Source: a virus
Taxonomy: Duplodnaviria > Caudoviricetes
DNA length: 59,891 nucleotides
Reading direction: 5' to 3' (one strand)
IMG/VR virus record: IMGVR_UViG_3300025093_000023
Span: 1-59,891 of that record
Shown: positions 1 through 10,200 of the stretch, one piece after another
Numbering within the stretch: the first letter of the stretch is position 1
How the letters are laid out: each line of letters opens with the position of its first letter
The notes under the pieces: model-generated
What the model was told of the DNA's origin: nothing
Database searches by the model: none
Seen by the model: only the letters and a program-made list of their open reading frames with translations
Made by a program: the position numbers and the translations under genes

Positions 1-375
1 TCACAACAAATTGGTTGTCTTAATCCAGGTCTTCAAGGAGATTCAGGATCTGCTGTATATGCAGAAATTAATGGAACTATAAAATTAATTGGATTACTTT
101 TTGCTGGTAACTGTACAGTTGCAGAAGCTTGCTGTGGTTTTGCAGGTCCACCAAATGGCTGTAGTTCAGTGTTTTTTGTTTGTAGAATAGATCACATTGC
201 TGATGAATTAGGAATCGAACATTGGAATCCTAATGTAGACCAATTAAGATTTGTAAATACTAACACAATGGAATACATAACAGAACCTGGAGGAAGTGAT
301 CAAAGAAATAAGTCCTGTAACGGTAAGACATACTGGCAAGCAGGATTAACTGATACATTAGATAACCCTTGTTAA
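1..375 (+). CDS. Trypsin-like (S1/PA clan) serine protease, C-terminal part (5'-truncated by the window)
   Basis: Frame +1 is open from base 1 and in frame with the listed 169..375 ORF. It reads ...GLQGDSGSAVYAEINGTIKLIGLLFAG..., i.e. the GDSGS nucleophile motif followed by the typical GLLFAG strand. Confidence 0.75.
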   Translation, partial: SQQIGCLNPGLQGDSGSAVYAEINGTIKLIGLLFAGNCTVAEACCGFAGPPNGCSSVFFVCRIDHIADELGIEHWNPNVDQLRFVNTNTMEYITEPGGSDQRNKSCNGKTYWQAGLTDTLDNPC

Positions 376-388
376 AATATAAAATACC

Positions 389-1483
389 ATGTCAAATAAT
401 TGCTCAAATTGCTACAACGGATGTACTGAGATTACCTCAGACAAATGCGTTAAATATACAGGGGTAGATGTCCCTGTTCTAGGAATAAAAAATGGAGACT
501 CTCTATCGTATGTAGAGCAGGCTCTAATAACTTTTTTAAGTTCAACACTTGATGGCACAGGAATATTTCCTATAGTTCCAGCAACTGATATATGCCCCTC
601 GCTTCAGAAAGAACTAGATTCATGTGACCCTCTTTCTTTAAATAACTACCTAACTAGTATTATTAAGTTTATATGTAGCTTAGAGGACCAGATAGGTGTA
701 GTTGAAGAACAGAACCGACCAGTCGAGTATGATGTTGAGTGTTTGAGTGTTTCTGATAATACAAGTACACAAGAGGTGCTGCAAGCTGTAGTAAATAAAG
801 TGTGTACTGTAGCCCAACAACTTACAGACTTCATAACATATGTAGATGCTACGTACGTAAAGATTTCAGAAATTAATACGTACATCGAAAACTACATTAA
901 CACAGATCCTACACAACAGTTGATAGCTAATAGAATGGTTCCATTCTCAATTGTTGCTGCTGCTGGTGGTTCTGCATTCTTATCTAACTTTGATGCTTCT
1001 GGAGCAGGTATTGGTAGTTGGGCAAACATATATCTATGTAATGGTAACAATGGTACTCCTGACTTAAGAGGTAGAGCACTTATTGGAGCCAACGATGGAT
1101 CAATGGGAGGTGGAGCACTTGACTCTGCTGTAGATCCTGCTGTATCAGGAAACCCAAGCTATGGATTAGGAAGTGTACATGGTAGTAATACTGTAGTGCT
1201 AACTACAGGACAGCTTCCTGCACACAGTCACACAATTAGTGATCCTGGTCACAAACATAATTTTCCAGCAAGAAATGGTACAGTGGTTGGTGATTATGTA
1301 CAAAATGCTGGTGGAGGTGCTCCTAATGATGATACATTACAAATTCAAAGCACTCCATCACCTAATGCTGAAACATCAGACATGTTAACAGGGATCACCG
1401 ACACTAACCTAACTGGTGGTGGACAGGGACACCAAAACTATCAACCTGGACGTGGAGTATATTATATAATTTACATACCTTAA
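389..1483 (+). CDS. Tail fibre / baseplate-type protein with C-terminal tail-collar domain
   Basis: C-terminal YLCNGNNGTPDLRGR...GSNTVVLTTGQLPAHSH...HQNYQP collar-type signature; Cys-rich N-terminus. Confidence 0.75.
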   Translation: MSNNCSNCYNGCTEITSDKCVKYTGVDVPVLGIKNGDSLSYVEQALITFLSSTLDGTGIFPIVPATDICPSLQKELDSCDPLSLNNYLTSIIKFICSLEDQIGVVEEQNRPVEYDVECLSVSDNTSTQEVLQAVVNKVCTVAQQLTDFITYVDATYVKISEINTYIENYINTDPTQQLIANRMVPFSIVAAAGGSAFLSNFDASGAGIGSWANIYLCNGNNGTPDLRGRALIGANDGSMGGGALDSAVDPAVSGNPSYGLGSVHGSNTVVLTTGQLPAHSHTISDPGHKHNFPARNGTVVGDYVQNAGGGAPNDDTLQIQSTPSPNAETSDMLTGITDTNLTGGGQGHQNYQPGRGVYYIIYIP

Positions 1484-1494
1484 AACAAAATAAA

Positions 1495-1827
1495 ATGGCA
1501 TACCTACCTGTAAACCCTTGCTGCACTGGTGTAGTTTTAAATACCACATGTGGATGTAATAGCACTTGCAATTGCAATTCTACTACAAACTCTTGTGGAA
1601 CTACTGGTGCACTTTCAAATACAATTGTGTATAATGGTCCTACACTTCCTGGTTCAGGGGTAGAGGCTTGTGATACACTTAACGTTGCATTATCAAAAAT
1701 AGATGAAGTTCTTGTTGAATTGAAAGCTCAAGTTGCACTAAACACTACTGCAATCTCTAACATAACAGAACAAATCAATAATATTAACGCACAGATAACA
1801 ACAATTAACAACAACTGTTGTCCATAA
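1495..1827 (+). CDS. Cys-rich small structural protein with C-terminal coiled coil
   Basis: 110-aa ORF. YNGPxL...DTL module shared with 389, 41989 and 42397; heptad I/N pattern at the C-terminus. Confidence 0.65.
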   Translation: MAYLPVNPCCTGVVLNTTCGCNSTCNCNSTTNSCGTTGALSNTIVYNGPTLPGSGVEACDTLNVALSKIDEVLVELKAQVALNTTAISNITEQINNINAQITTINNNCCP

Positions 1828-1829
1828 TT

Positions 1830-2078
1830 ATGACAGTATTATTAACACTAACTACAGCAGGAACTGATGCCACAGTGTTTGATTTATATTCAGACATTGA
1901 TGGCTTCACCACTGCTTTTGAAACAGGCGTAAGTAGAGCATCTTTAGTTGCTGGATACTCAAGCGTATTAGTTCCAGATTACACAACCACTGTAAGAATA
2001 CAAGCTACAGAGAAGTGTGTAAACTCTGTAGATATAGTGTTAGAAAACACAACAACAACCACCACCACAATACCTTAA
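1830..2078 (+). CDS. Small beta-rich protein (FDLYSD-domain paralogue) with poly-Thr tail
   Basis: ATG at 1830 is in frame with the listed ORF. Paralogous to 2082, 3180, 3407 and 13826; ends ENTTTTTTTIP. Confidence 0.7.
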   Translation: MTVLLTLTTAGTDATVFDLYSDIDGFTTAFETGVSRASLVAGYSSVLVPDYTTTVRIQATEKCVNSVDIVLENTTTTTTTIP

Positions 2079-2081
2079 GAT

Positions 2082-3164
2082 ATGTTGATACAGATAAATA
2101 TAACAATTCCCCCAAGTGGTTCTGCTGGACCATTTGATTTATATTCAGATGCAGATGGATATGTTTCTCCTTTTGAAACACAAGTTCCTGCTGCGAGTTT
2201 AACTGCTGGATATATTGTAGAACTACCTGTGGGAGCAACTATCATAAGAGTATGCTCTGTTGGTACATGTGAAAACTGTATTGATTTACCAACTAATTGT
2301 CCAACAACTACAACAACATCTACTAGTTCAACAACTACAACAACTAGTACTAGTAGTACAACCACTACTACAACCACTGCAGCTCCTCCATATAGATTTG
2401 ATTATGAGCTTATTACAGGAACTCCTACATTTATAGGAACTGTTAATCTTACAATAGAAGTTGATTCTGTTCAAGTGGTAAATCAAACAATAAGTGTTGG
2501 TAATACGTATCAAGCAGGATCATTAAACCTTACTGCTGGTCAAGTTGTAACAGCAACAATGACTAACGTTAAAACAGGTACATTTAACTTTGGTAATAAA
2601 ATAATACAAGATGGTGGATTATATCAACCACAAGACGATTGTATGCCTTGTGTAGATCAGTTAGTAACACCACTGTTCTCTCCATATACAATGGGAAGTG
2701 CTAACACTGCATTTGTATTCCAAGGAGACGTTAGTTCTCCTACAACAACTACCACTAGTACAAGCAGTACGACTACTACAACTAGTACAAGTAGCACAAC
2801 CACTACAACCACTACAGCAGCACCACTTGACTGTGCGTTGACTGGAGGAACTGCAGTGGTTAATACAACAACAACTACTACTACTAGTGCTACAAAATCA
2901 GCATTAATTTCAAACAGTTCTCACCCTAGTGATGCTTGTCCATATACACCATCAGTAACAGTATATGTTAGTAATCCAACAGGTTCTGGTGCTTCTCAAA
3001 CAGTAAGTACAAGTAGTGTAGTGTATACAGATGTTGCTGGAACTATACCATTCGTTGGTGATGGTAATTATTACAAAATAATTATGAGTGGTAGTTCACT
3101 ATTCACTAGTTCACCAGTAAATTCAAGTGGTCAAGTTAGTTCACCAATAGGAATTTGTCCGTAA
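2082..3164 (+). CDS. Putative virion surface protein: FDLYSD domain plus beta domains joined by mucin-like Thr/Ser linkers
   Basis: 360 aa; three long T/S runs separate globular segments. Confidence 0.7.
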   Translation: MLIQINITIPPSGSAGPFDLYSDADGYVSPFETQVPAASLTAGYIVELPVGATIIRVCSVGTCENCIDLPTNCPTTTTTSTSSTTTTTSTSSTTTTTTTAAPPYRFDYELITGTPTFIGTVNLTIEVDSVQVVNQTISVGNTYQAGSLNLTAGQVVTATMTNVKTGTFNFGNKIIQDGGLYQPQDDCMPCVDQLVTPLFSPYTMGSANTAFVFQGDVSSPTTTTTSTSSTTTTTSTSSTTTTTTTAAPLDCALTGGTAVVNTTTTTTTSATKSALISNSSHPSDACPYTPSVTVYVSNPTGSGASQTVSTSSVVYTDVAGTIPFVGDGNYYKIIMSGSSLFTSSPVNSSGQVSSPIGICP

Positions 3165-3179
3165 ATAAAATAAGAAACT

Positions 3180-3404
3180 ATGGCAGCAACAATGACAGTA
3201 AAATTAACCTCAGCAGGTGTTGATACAGACACTGTTGATTTATATACAGATGCAACTGGGTATACTACACCAATAGCTTCTACAACAACAGCTGTGCTCA
3301 CTAGTCCATTTGGATATACAGTGGGTGTGCCTTTTGGTGCAACTATTTGTCGAGTGCAAAATACAGGTGTATGTACTAACTATGTAGATATAACAATTAC
3401 CTAA
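3180..3404 (+). CDS. Small beta-rich protein (FDLYSD-domain paralogue)
   Basis: 74 aa; VKLTSAG...VDLYTD...VPFGATICRVQNTGVCTNYVDI aligns by eye with its neighbours. Confidence 0.7.
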   Translation: MAATMTVKLTSAGVDTDTVDLYTDATGYTTPIASTTTAVLTSPFGYTVGVPFGATICRVQNTGVCTNYVDITIT

Positions 3405-3406
3405 CT

Positions 3407-3622
3407 ATGACAGGAGCAGTACAAGTAAACAAGATAGGCACAGCCCTTCAAACATTCTATCTGTATTCAGATGTGAATGGATTTACAGCACCTTTTGAAT
3501 CAGGTGTAACAAGAGATGAGTTACTTCTAGGACACCCTACAGATAAGATACCTAACACAACAACAGTGATTAGAGTGATGTCAGTAGATGTTCCTGGCAA
3601 GTATTTAGATATTAATGTATAA
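3407..3622 (+). CDS. Small beta-rich protein (FDLYSD-domain paralogue)
   Basis: 71 aa; FYLYSDVNGFTAPFESGVTRDEL...IPNTTTVIRV. Confidence 0.7.
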   Translation: MTGAVQVNKIGTALQTFYLYSDVNGFTAPFESGVTRDELLLGHPTDKIPNTTTVIRVMSVDVPGKYLDINV

Positions 3623-3653
3623 AAAGTCTTGTTTTGTTGGTTTTGCAAGGCTT

Positions 3654-3690
3654 CTCCTAGGGTTATTAGTAGCCCTAGGAGTTTTTATTT
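3654..3690 (+). terminator. Intrinsic terminator
   Basis: Stem CTCCTAGGG (3654-3662) / CCCTAGGAG (3673-3681), followed by TTTTTATTT, directly after a gene cluster. Confidence 0.8.
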
Positions 3691-3767
3691 ATAACTAAAT
3701 TGATTATAAATAATAACCTTGTTTAGTAAATTTATTTGTTATATCCAAAATAAATTTTATATCTTTA
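3688..3767 (+). promoter_or_regulatory. Palindromic operator-like site (3688-3710) plus near-consensus Bacteroidota -7 box (TATCTTTA, 3760-3767)
   Basis: TTTATAACTAAATTGATTATAAA matches the site at 21781 in 21 of 23 positions, with the same 72-nt offset to the -7 box. Confidence 0.6.
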
Positions 3768-3795
3768 CAATATTTTTTAACCAAAGTACAATTAA

Positions 3796-5034
3796 ATGTC
3801 ATACAATGAGAAACTACTCAGACAGCTGGAGGGATTACTTGGCTGGAAAAAGAGTAAAAAGTTCTATGCTGAAAAGCTGAACATAACAGAAGATGAAGTA
3901 GATGAATTAATCAAAGAAATTAGAAGTAGAGAAAAAGATGAAGGAGAAGCATTCTTAAAAACATCAAACACATCTGAAACCTTCGAATCACTAAAGAAGG
4001 TGAACAATGAAAAGGGAACTATAGAGAGTACAATTACTCTTGATTATGAACCCAAAAACCACCTGGAGCTAGCAAAGCTTCACAAAATAGACCTAGACAA
4101 ATACATAATTACAAACTACTGGTCTAAAGTACTTCCAAGCGGAAAGTTTACTTCCTCAGTATTTTCAAAGAGGAAAACACCAAAAGATTACACAGCTGAA
4201 GATTTCAGCAAGTTCTTAGAGAACTATAAATCAAATTACATTCCAATCCCCTCACCACAGAAAAGTGGTAAAGATGTTGCAGATGTTGAGCTATCTCTAT
4301 CTGATTATCACTTAGCAAAGCGATATGTTGATGGAGACAATGATCCTGCTGTAAGAGCAAGAAGGTTCTTTGATGTGGCTCAAAATTTGATACAAAAAGT
4401 TAGATCTGTCTATGATATAAATAAGGTGGTATTTCCAATATCAAATGACTTTTTTCATACAGACAACTATCAAAATTCAACAACAAACGGTACTCCACAG
4501 GATATCATATTAGACTATGCTTCTGAATATGAGCTTGGTTTTGCAATTCTTGTAGATACAATAAAGATGTTGAAGGCTAATGCTAACCAAGTTGAGGTGA
4601 TCTTAGTACAAGGTAACCATGATAGAACTAAATCATTCTACCTAGCACATGCTCTAGATATATTCTTTACAGATGAAAATGCTGTATCTTTTACTAGAGA
4701 ACATAGTGTTGTAAAAGGAACAATGGTTGGTGAAACGTTTATTGGTTACCATCATGGGAACTGTAAGATAGATCAGTTACCATTACTGTTTGCTACACAT
4801 CCAAAATATTCACAAATGTTTGGAGGTGCTACATACAGAGAAGTTCACACAGGTGATAAGCATCACTACATGGCTAAGGAGATAAAAGGGGTAAGGATAC
4901 AACAAATGCCTAGCTTATCTGGTACAGATAGATGGCATAAGGATAATAATTTTGTACATAGCGTACGAGCTGCCCTAGCCTTAGTTTATGATTCTAAGTT
5001 TGGCAAGGTGGCTGAATTTGAAGAAAGAATATAA
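3796..5034 (+). CDS. Calcineurin-like metallophosphoesterase with N-terminal HTH-like extension
   Basis: Motifs SDYH, NDFFH, GNHD, HHG and GDKHH in the canonical order. Confidence 0.8.
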   Translation: MSYNEKLLRQLEGLLGWKKSKKFYAEKLNITEDEVDELIKEIRSREKDEGEAFLKTSNTSETFESLKKVNNEKGTIESTITLDYEPKNHLELAKLHKIDLDKYIITNYWSKVLPSGKFTSSVFSKRKTPKDYTAEDFSKFLENYKSNYIPIPSPQKSGKDVADVELSLSDYHLAKRYVDGDNDPAVRARRFFDVAQNLIQKVRSVYDINKVVFPISNDFFHTDNYQNSTTNGTPQDIILDYASEYELGFAILVDTIKMLKANANQVEVILVQGNHDRTKSFYLAHALDIFFTDENAVSFTREHSVVKGTMVGETFIGYHHGNCKIDQLPLLFATHPKYSQMFGGATYREVHTGDKHHYMAKEIKGVRIQQMPSLSGTDRWHKDNNFVHSVRAALALVYDSKFGKVAEFEERI

Positions 5035-5036
5035 TT

Positions 5037-5765
5037 ATGGCAACACTAAGAAAATTAGTTTCAGATGTTAGGTCAACGCACAAGATACTATCTACAGATG
5101 CATTGATTACAGACAGAGCAATTGCTTCTGAGCTGAGAACCAACGCACTAACGCTGATCAAAAGAGAAACTAATGTAAGAAAGTTATGGGCTAGTGACAC
5201 ACTGTTCACTACCATTCCTTGTTTGGAAATGGTAGAAGTGCCCATATCTGAATGTTGTGACTATGCTGATCCTTGCACTGTAGCAAGAACTAAATACAAG
5301 CTACCTAGAATGGCAGAAGGTAATTACCAGTATGTAATTCAAGGAGTGTATTCTATAAATGCTATGGGAGGTAAGGGTACCAAGCTAAAAGAAATAACAA
5401 TAAACAGGTACCTAAACATCTTAAAACTTCGTATAATTAAAAAAGAGAGCTACTTCTGGATATCCAACGGTTATCTATATGTAACTAACCCTTTACTAAA
5501 GGCACTAAGACTATCTGCATTATTTGAAGAAGATGTACCTAATGAGATAATGTATCCACAAGATTGCGACTGTGGTACAAGTTATTCTGTGGATGACTTA
5601 TGTAAGAACCCACTGGATAAAGAATTTGCTCTACCAGGATATCTAGAGCAACAAGTATTAGCGATGACTTCTACTAAGTTATTATCTACATACTTCCAAA
5701 TAAAAACAGATATGAGTAATGAAGGCATTGATGGACAAGCTCCTAATGCTCAACCTACAAACTAA
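5037..5765 (+). CDS. Conserved virion structural protein (putative ring/adaptor)
   Basis: 242 aa, positioned just before the IHF-like and tail tubular genes as in crAss-like phages; function inferred from synteny. Confidence 0.55.
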   Translation: MATLRKLVSDVRSTHKILSTDALITDRAIASELRTNALTLIKRETNVRKLWASDTLFTTIPCLEMVEVPISECCDYADPCTVARTKYKLPRMAEGNYQYVIQGVYSINAMGGKGTKLKEITINRYLNILKLRIIKKESYFWISNGYLYVTNPLLKALRLSALFEEDVPNEIMYPQDCDCGTSYSVDDLCKNPLDKEFALPGYLEQQVLAMTSTKLLSTYFQIKTDMSNEGIDGQAPNAQPTN

Positions 5766-5770
5766 ACTAA

Positions 5771-6250
5771 ATGGCTAGAGTCTCTGTTGATTGGAGAAGT
5801 GCAAGCAAAGAAAACTACAATGATTTCTGCAAGAAGCACCCACTGGTGAGCTTATCATTTGATGAGTGGAGAAATATATTGTATCAATTCAACGATGCAT
5901 TTAAACACTACATACTAGAGACAGGAGAAAAAGAAAAACTTCCTTGTGGCTTTGGAGAGTTCTCTATCAATAAAAAGAAGAGAAGAAAGATGAAGGGTAA
6001 GGATGGTAAAGAGTTTGTAAACCTACCTATCGATTGGCAAAAGACAAAAGAAAAAGGAAAGGTTATATACAACTTTAACTATCACACAGAAGGTTTTTTC
6101 TTTGGTTGGCTTTGGTTTAAAGAGAGTGCTAGATTCAGATATTCAGATTTATGGTACTTCAAGCCCTCTAGAGTTACATCAAGGTTATTATCACACTATA
6201 TAAAAACTGACAACAAATACCAACACACTTATCATGAATGGAAAAAATAA
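5771..6250 (+). CDS. IHF/HU-like DNA-binding protein
   Basis: Basic 159-aa protein with LETGEKEKLPCGFGEFSINKKKRR (HU/IHF GFGxF strand) and IDWQKTK; syntenic with crAss-like IHF genes. Confidence 0.65.
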   Translation: MARVSVDWRSASKENYNDFCKKHPLVSLSFDEWRNILYQFNDAFKHYILETGEKEKLPCGFGEFSINKKKRRKMKGKDGKEFVNLPIDWQKTKEKGKVIYNFNYHTEGFFFGWLWFKESARFRYSDLWYFKPSRVTSRLLSHYIKTDNKYQHTYHEWKK

Positions 6251-6253
6251 GTT

Positions 6254-7222
6254 ATGTCATACTATTATAAATACAATTTTGTTTCACCAGAACCTATCTA
6301 TGCAACTGTAAAAGAAGAGCTAAAAAGTTACTTTGACACAGGTGCTGTAGATGATTTACTGTTTCCTACTTACTTGGACAAGTGTCTAAGAAAGCTAGGT
6401 AGAACTACGTATAAAATTAGTGAGCAGGTATTACACGTTGAAGATTTTGAAGCAAGACTTCCAGACAACTTTCATGCTGTTAGAGAAGCTTGGATGTGTG
6501 CAGAAATCCCTGGTAACCCTTATCCAATAGCAAACTCTTTTTATTCACAAGCAGCTAATGCAACAACTATACAAATATCTCCATTAACTATAGGAGGAAC
6601 TCCTTGCAATAATCCTAGCTGTCAACATCCAAATTGTGATGGTACATGTATGCCTGAACTAGTTCAAGCTGTATATAAAACAAGCAACGAGATAGCTAGA
6701 TCTTACAGACACAGTTATCTATTAAGACCAGGAAATATATCTGCAAGACAGCAATGTGATGTAAGTTACAGAAGTGATTGGAATGAGTTTGCACCACCTG
6801 TAAGAGAGTTTACTCCTGGTTCAGCAAACTATGATTCATTTGACATCAGAGATAACAAGTTTGTAACTAACTTCAGAAATGCTGTAGTTCACTTGTTATT
6901 TTATGCTACTGAGTATGATAGTATAGGAAACCAGTTGGTTCCTGACAACTATCGTATAGCAGAGTATGTAGAAGCGTTTATCAAGTTTAAAGTGTTTGAG
7001 ATTCTAACTAACCAAACAAATGATGAAACATTCAATCAGCTTCAACAAAAGCTAGCCTACTACAAAGCAATGGCTGATGAGAAATATATCGAGGCTGAGA
7101 TTGAAATTAAAAAGCAAACACCTTGGGAGAAACAACGTAGAATAAAGAAAGATCTCAATAGGTTTAATATGTATGAGCTTCCAAATCGTACTAATAGATA
7201 CGGTAGAAGGCGTAACAATTAA
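6254..7222 (+). CDS. Putative tail tubular / ring protein
   Basis: 322 aa, located between the IHF-like gene and the large stabilisation gene; helical C-terminus. Confidence 0.6.
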   Translation: MSYYYKYNFVSPEPIYATVKEELKSYFDTGAVDDLLFPTYLDKCLRKLGRTTYKISEQVLHVEDFEARLPDNFHAVREAWMCAEIPGNPYPIANSFYSQAANATTIQISPLTIGGTPCNNPSCQHPNCDGTCMPELVQAVYKTSNEIARSYRHSYLLRPGNISARQQCDVSYRSDWNEFAPPVREFTPGSANYDSFDIRDNKFVTNFRNAVVHLLFYATEYDSIGNQLVPDNYRIAEYVEAFIKFKVFEILTNQTNDETFNQLQQKLAYYKAMADEKYIEAEIEIKKQTPWEKQRRIKKDLNRFNMYELPNRTNRYGRRRNN

Positions 7223-7227
7223 CACAT

Positions 7228-10200
7228 ATGGCTAAACAGCAATCAAATAAAGATTCTGATAAAAACAAAAAGCAGGGTAATATCAGACTAAATCCAGCTG
7301 CTGCTAGAGCAGGATTAAACCTAGACAGCTCTATCAACCAAGTTGGTCCTGGAAGACTTACCTATGCTTTAAATGCTGCTGTAGAAAACTTTGACTCTAG
7401 TTCTGTAAACTACCAGAATGAGCCAGGTAACGAGCTATGCTTGGATTTTCCTACAGGGTACAAACTTATTGGTTCTCATTTTATTCCTGAGAAGCGTAAG
7501 AATATATTCTTTTTAGCCAACCCAAACACAGGAGATAGTGAGATTGGATATATGGACAATAACGATTGTCAGTATCACACACTCATAAATGCTGCTTGCC
7601 TTAACTTTGATGTAAAGAATCCCATCCCTAAAGTTGTACACAGAATCACTAATTGTACAACAGAACTCTACTGGACAGATGGAGTTAATCCTAGAAGATA
7701 TTTAGACATAGAGAACATTCCGTATAAGCTTATAGCAGGTACACCAAGTTGTGATCCTGTATATAGTGATGAATTAGATTGTAACCAGCTTAAGTTACAA
7801 CCTGACTTCTCTATTCCTCAGTTAATGATTACTCAGATTAGAAATGTAGGTAATCTAACAGCAGGTACATATCAGTTTGCAGTGCAATATGCAGATGCTT
7901 CAGGTAATGAACTTACATCATACTACTCTGTAACTAACCCTGTTCCTATTGCTGATGAGTTTATTACATCAGTGAACTTTGATTATAATGTTGGAAAGTC
8001 TATTGCTGTAGGTGTTTTCAATCTTGACTTAACAGGACAATTTCAATACTTCAATCTAGCTGTAATAAAAACAATCAACAATGTTACATCTGTTGAGCTT
8101 GTAGGAACATATAATATTGAAGAAGCTACAAAAGAGATAGTTTACACAGGAGCTGATCAATCAGCAATACAGTTATCAATATCTGATATATTTGAGAAGT
8201 TTCCTTATTACGACATTGCACAAGATGTTACAGCTGTACAAGATGTTCTTGTGTGGGACAACCTTACATCTATTGATAGAATCAACTACCAGTCAATTGC
8301 AAATCAAATAACACTTGGTTGGGAAACACACAGGATACCAGCAAATGAAACGTATGCAGATGAGATAAATGCTGTAAACTTACGTGGGTACATGCGTGAT
8401 GAGGTGTATGCATTTGAAATTGTATTCTTACTAAAGAATGGTAAGCAAACAGATGGCTTTCATATTCCAGGAAGAGAGAAAGGTGCTAATGAAAGTTATC
8501 CAGATGTTCCTGACACAAACAATGATTTTATTGGAGAGCCTGATTACTACACTGGTGATACAGGTTATAAGTCTTGGTGGAAGGTATATAATACAGGATC
8601 TGTAACAGGAGCTTCTCCTGGTCAATCTAGTGACCCAAGCTATAAAGGACCATGGGAATATGGTGAGTTTGCATATTGGGAATCAACAGAAGAATACCCA
8701 TGTAACGATGATGTGTGGGGAGAGCTAGCTGGTCAACCTATTAGACACCACAAGTTTCCTGATCTATCTGTAACTCCTATAATGGAGAATGGTGAGATTG
8801 TTTATGACAACAATAAGATTGTTCCTGCAATGCAGGATAATGCCATCTTTCCTATTGGTGTTAGAGTGGATAACTCACAGATATATTCACTAATACAAAA
8901 CTCTGACTTAACACAAGATCAGAAAGATGATATTGTTGCCTACAAGATTGTAAGAGGTGACAGAGGAACAAACAAGTCTGTAATAGCAAAAGGTATACTT
9001 AGAAACGTAAACAAGTATACTAGAGATGAAGAAGACTATTACTACCCTAACTATCCATACAATGACCTGTCTTCAGATCCATATGTATTAGCAAACAATA
9101 ATGCATGGAGTGCTGACTCAGAGCCTTATCTAATACACTTACCATCTACACAAAATGATCCTTCTATTTTAGGAGTTATATTAGATCTTGAAATAACAGT
9201 AAATGAAGGAGAAGGTGTGTTTCAATACACAAGCGCATTGAATGGTAAGGTGACAGAAGCAACTATACAACTAGATGAAACAATTGAAATTTGTTCATTG
9301 ACAAGACCTGTCCCCTTGTTAGGTAAAATGACAATAGGTCCTGGTAACTATGATGTATACAAAGCGGATCATGGAGACACTTGGATTGATCTTCCTTTTG
9401 GTTATAGATTAAACTGGTATGATCCTTTTCAATATCCAGGAGAATTATTTACTGGAAGCACACAATTTAGACAAACATGGCTTAGTGATGATCCGTTTGG
9501 TTCTGATGGTAGAGGAACCGTTATTGTTGAGATGGATGCTCCAGCACCTTATGCAAGTGATTGTGTAGAGGCACCATGGCCTATTAATGAAGACTTATGT
9601 GTTCCTGAAATTAGACTAAAAGATCCAGCTGATGAAGACCCAGGAGAGGTTGCTAGTGTTTCAGGCATACCTGAAGCAGGTTATATATATGGAATTGGAA
9701 GTAGATTTAGTAGTAGAAGATCTACATTAGGTTGTAGTGATGAAAAACCTCAACCATCTATTGAGGAGCAAGAGGATACAGGATTAACATACAGGCAAGT
9801 ATTTAATTCACCAGAAACATCCTTTGGTCAACCATTCTTAGGAAGTGTATTAAAGCTGGAGAGTGTATTATTTGGGGCTGGTAAAGCACATTGGGTGCAA
9901 GTTAAAGACAATGCTAAATATAAGCTCCTATCTAAAGAAGCACAAACAGATGCATTAGATGCATCAAAAGCAGTTGCTACAGTGAATGGTGTTATCAATG
10001 CTGGTGTAATGTTTACTGTTTATCAGTCTTATCTAACAATTTATGTAAACGGTATTACAAGAAAGAACTATGCAATGTCTTTCAACTCTAGAGCTAACTA
10101 TGACTACTCTTATCCTGTAGACAATAATGTATCAGGAGGTATCAAGCAGAGAGATATTGATCTTACAAGATATTTGATTCCTGGAGTTCAGTCATTAGGT

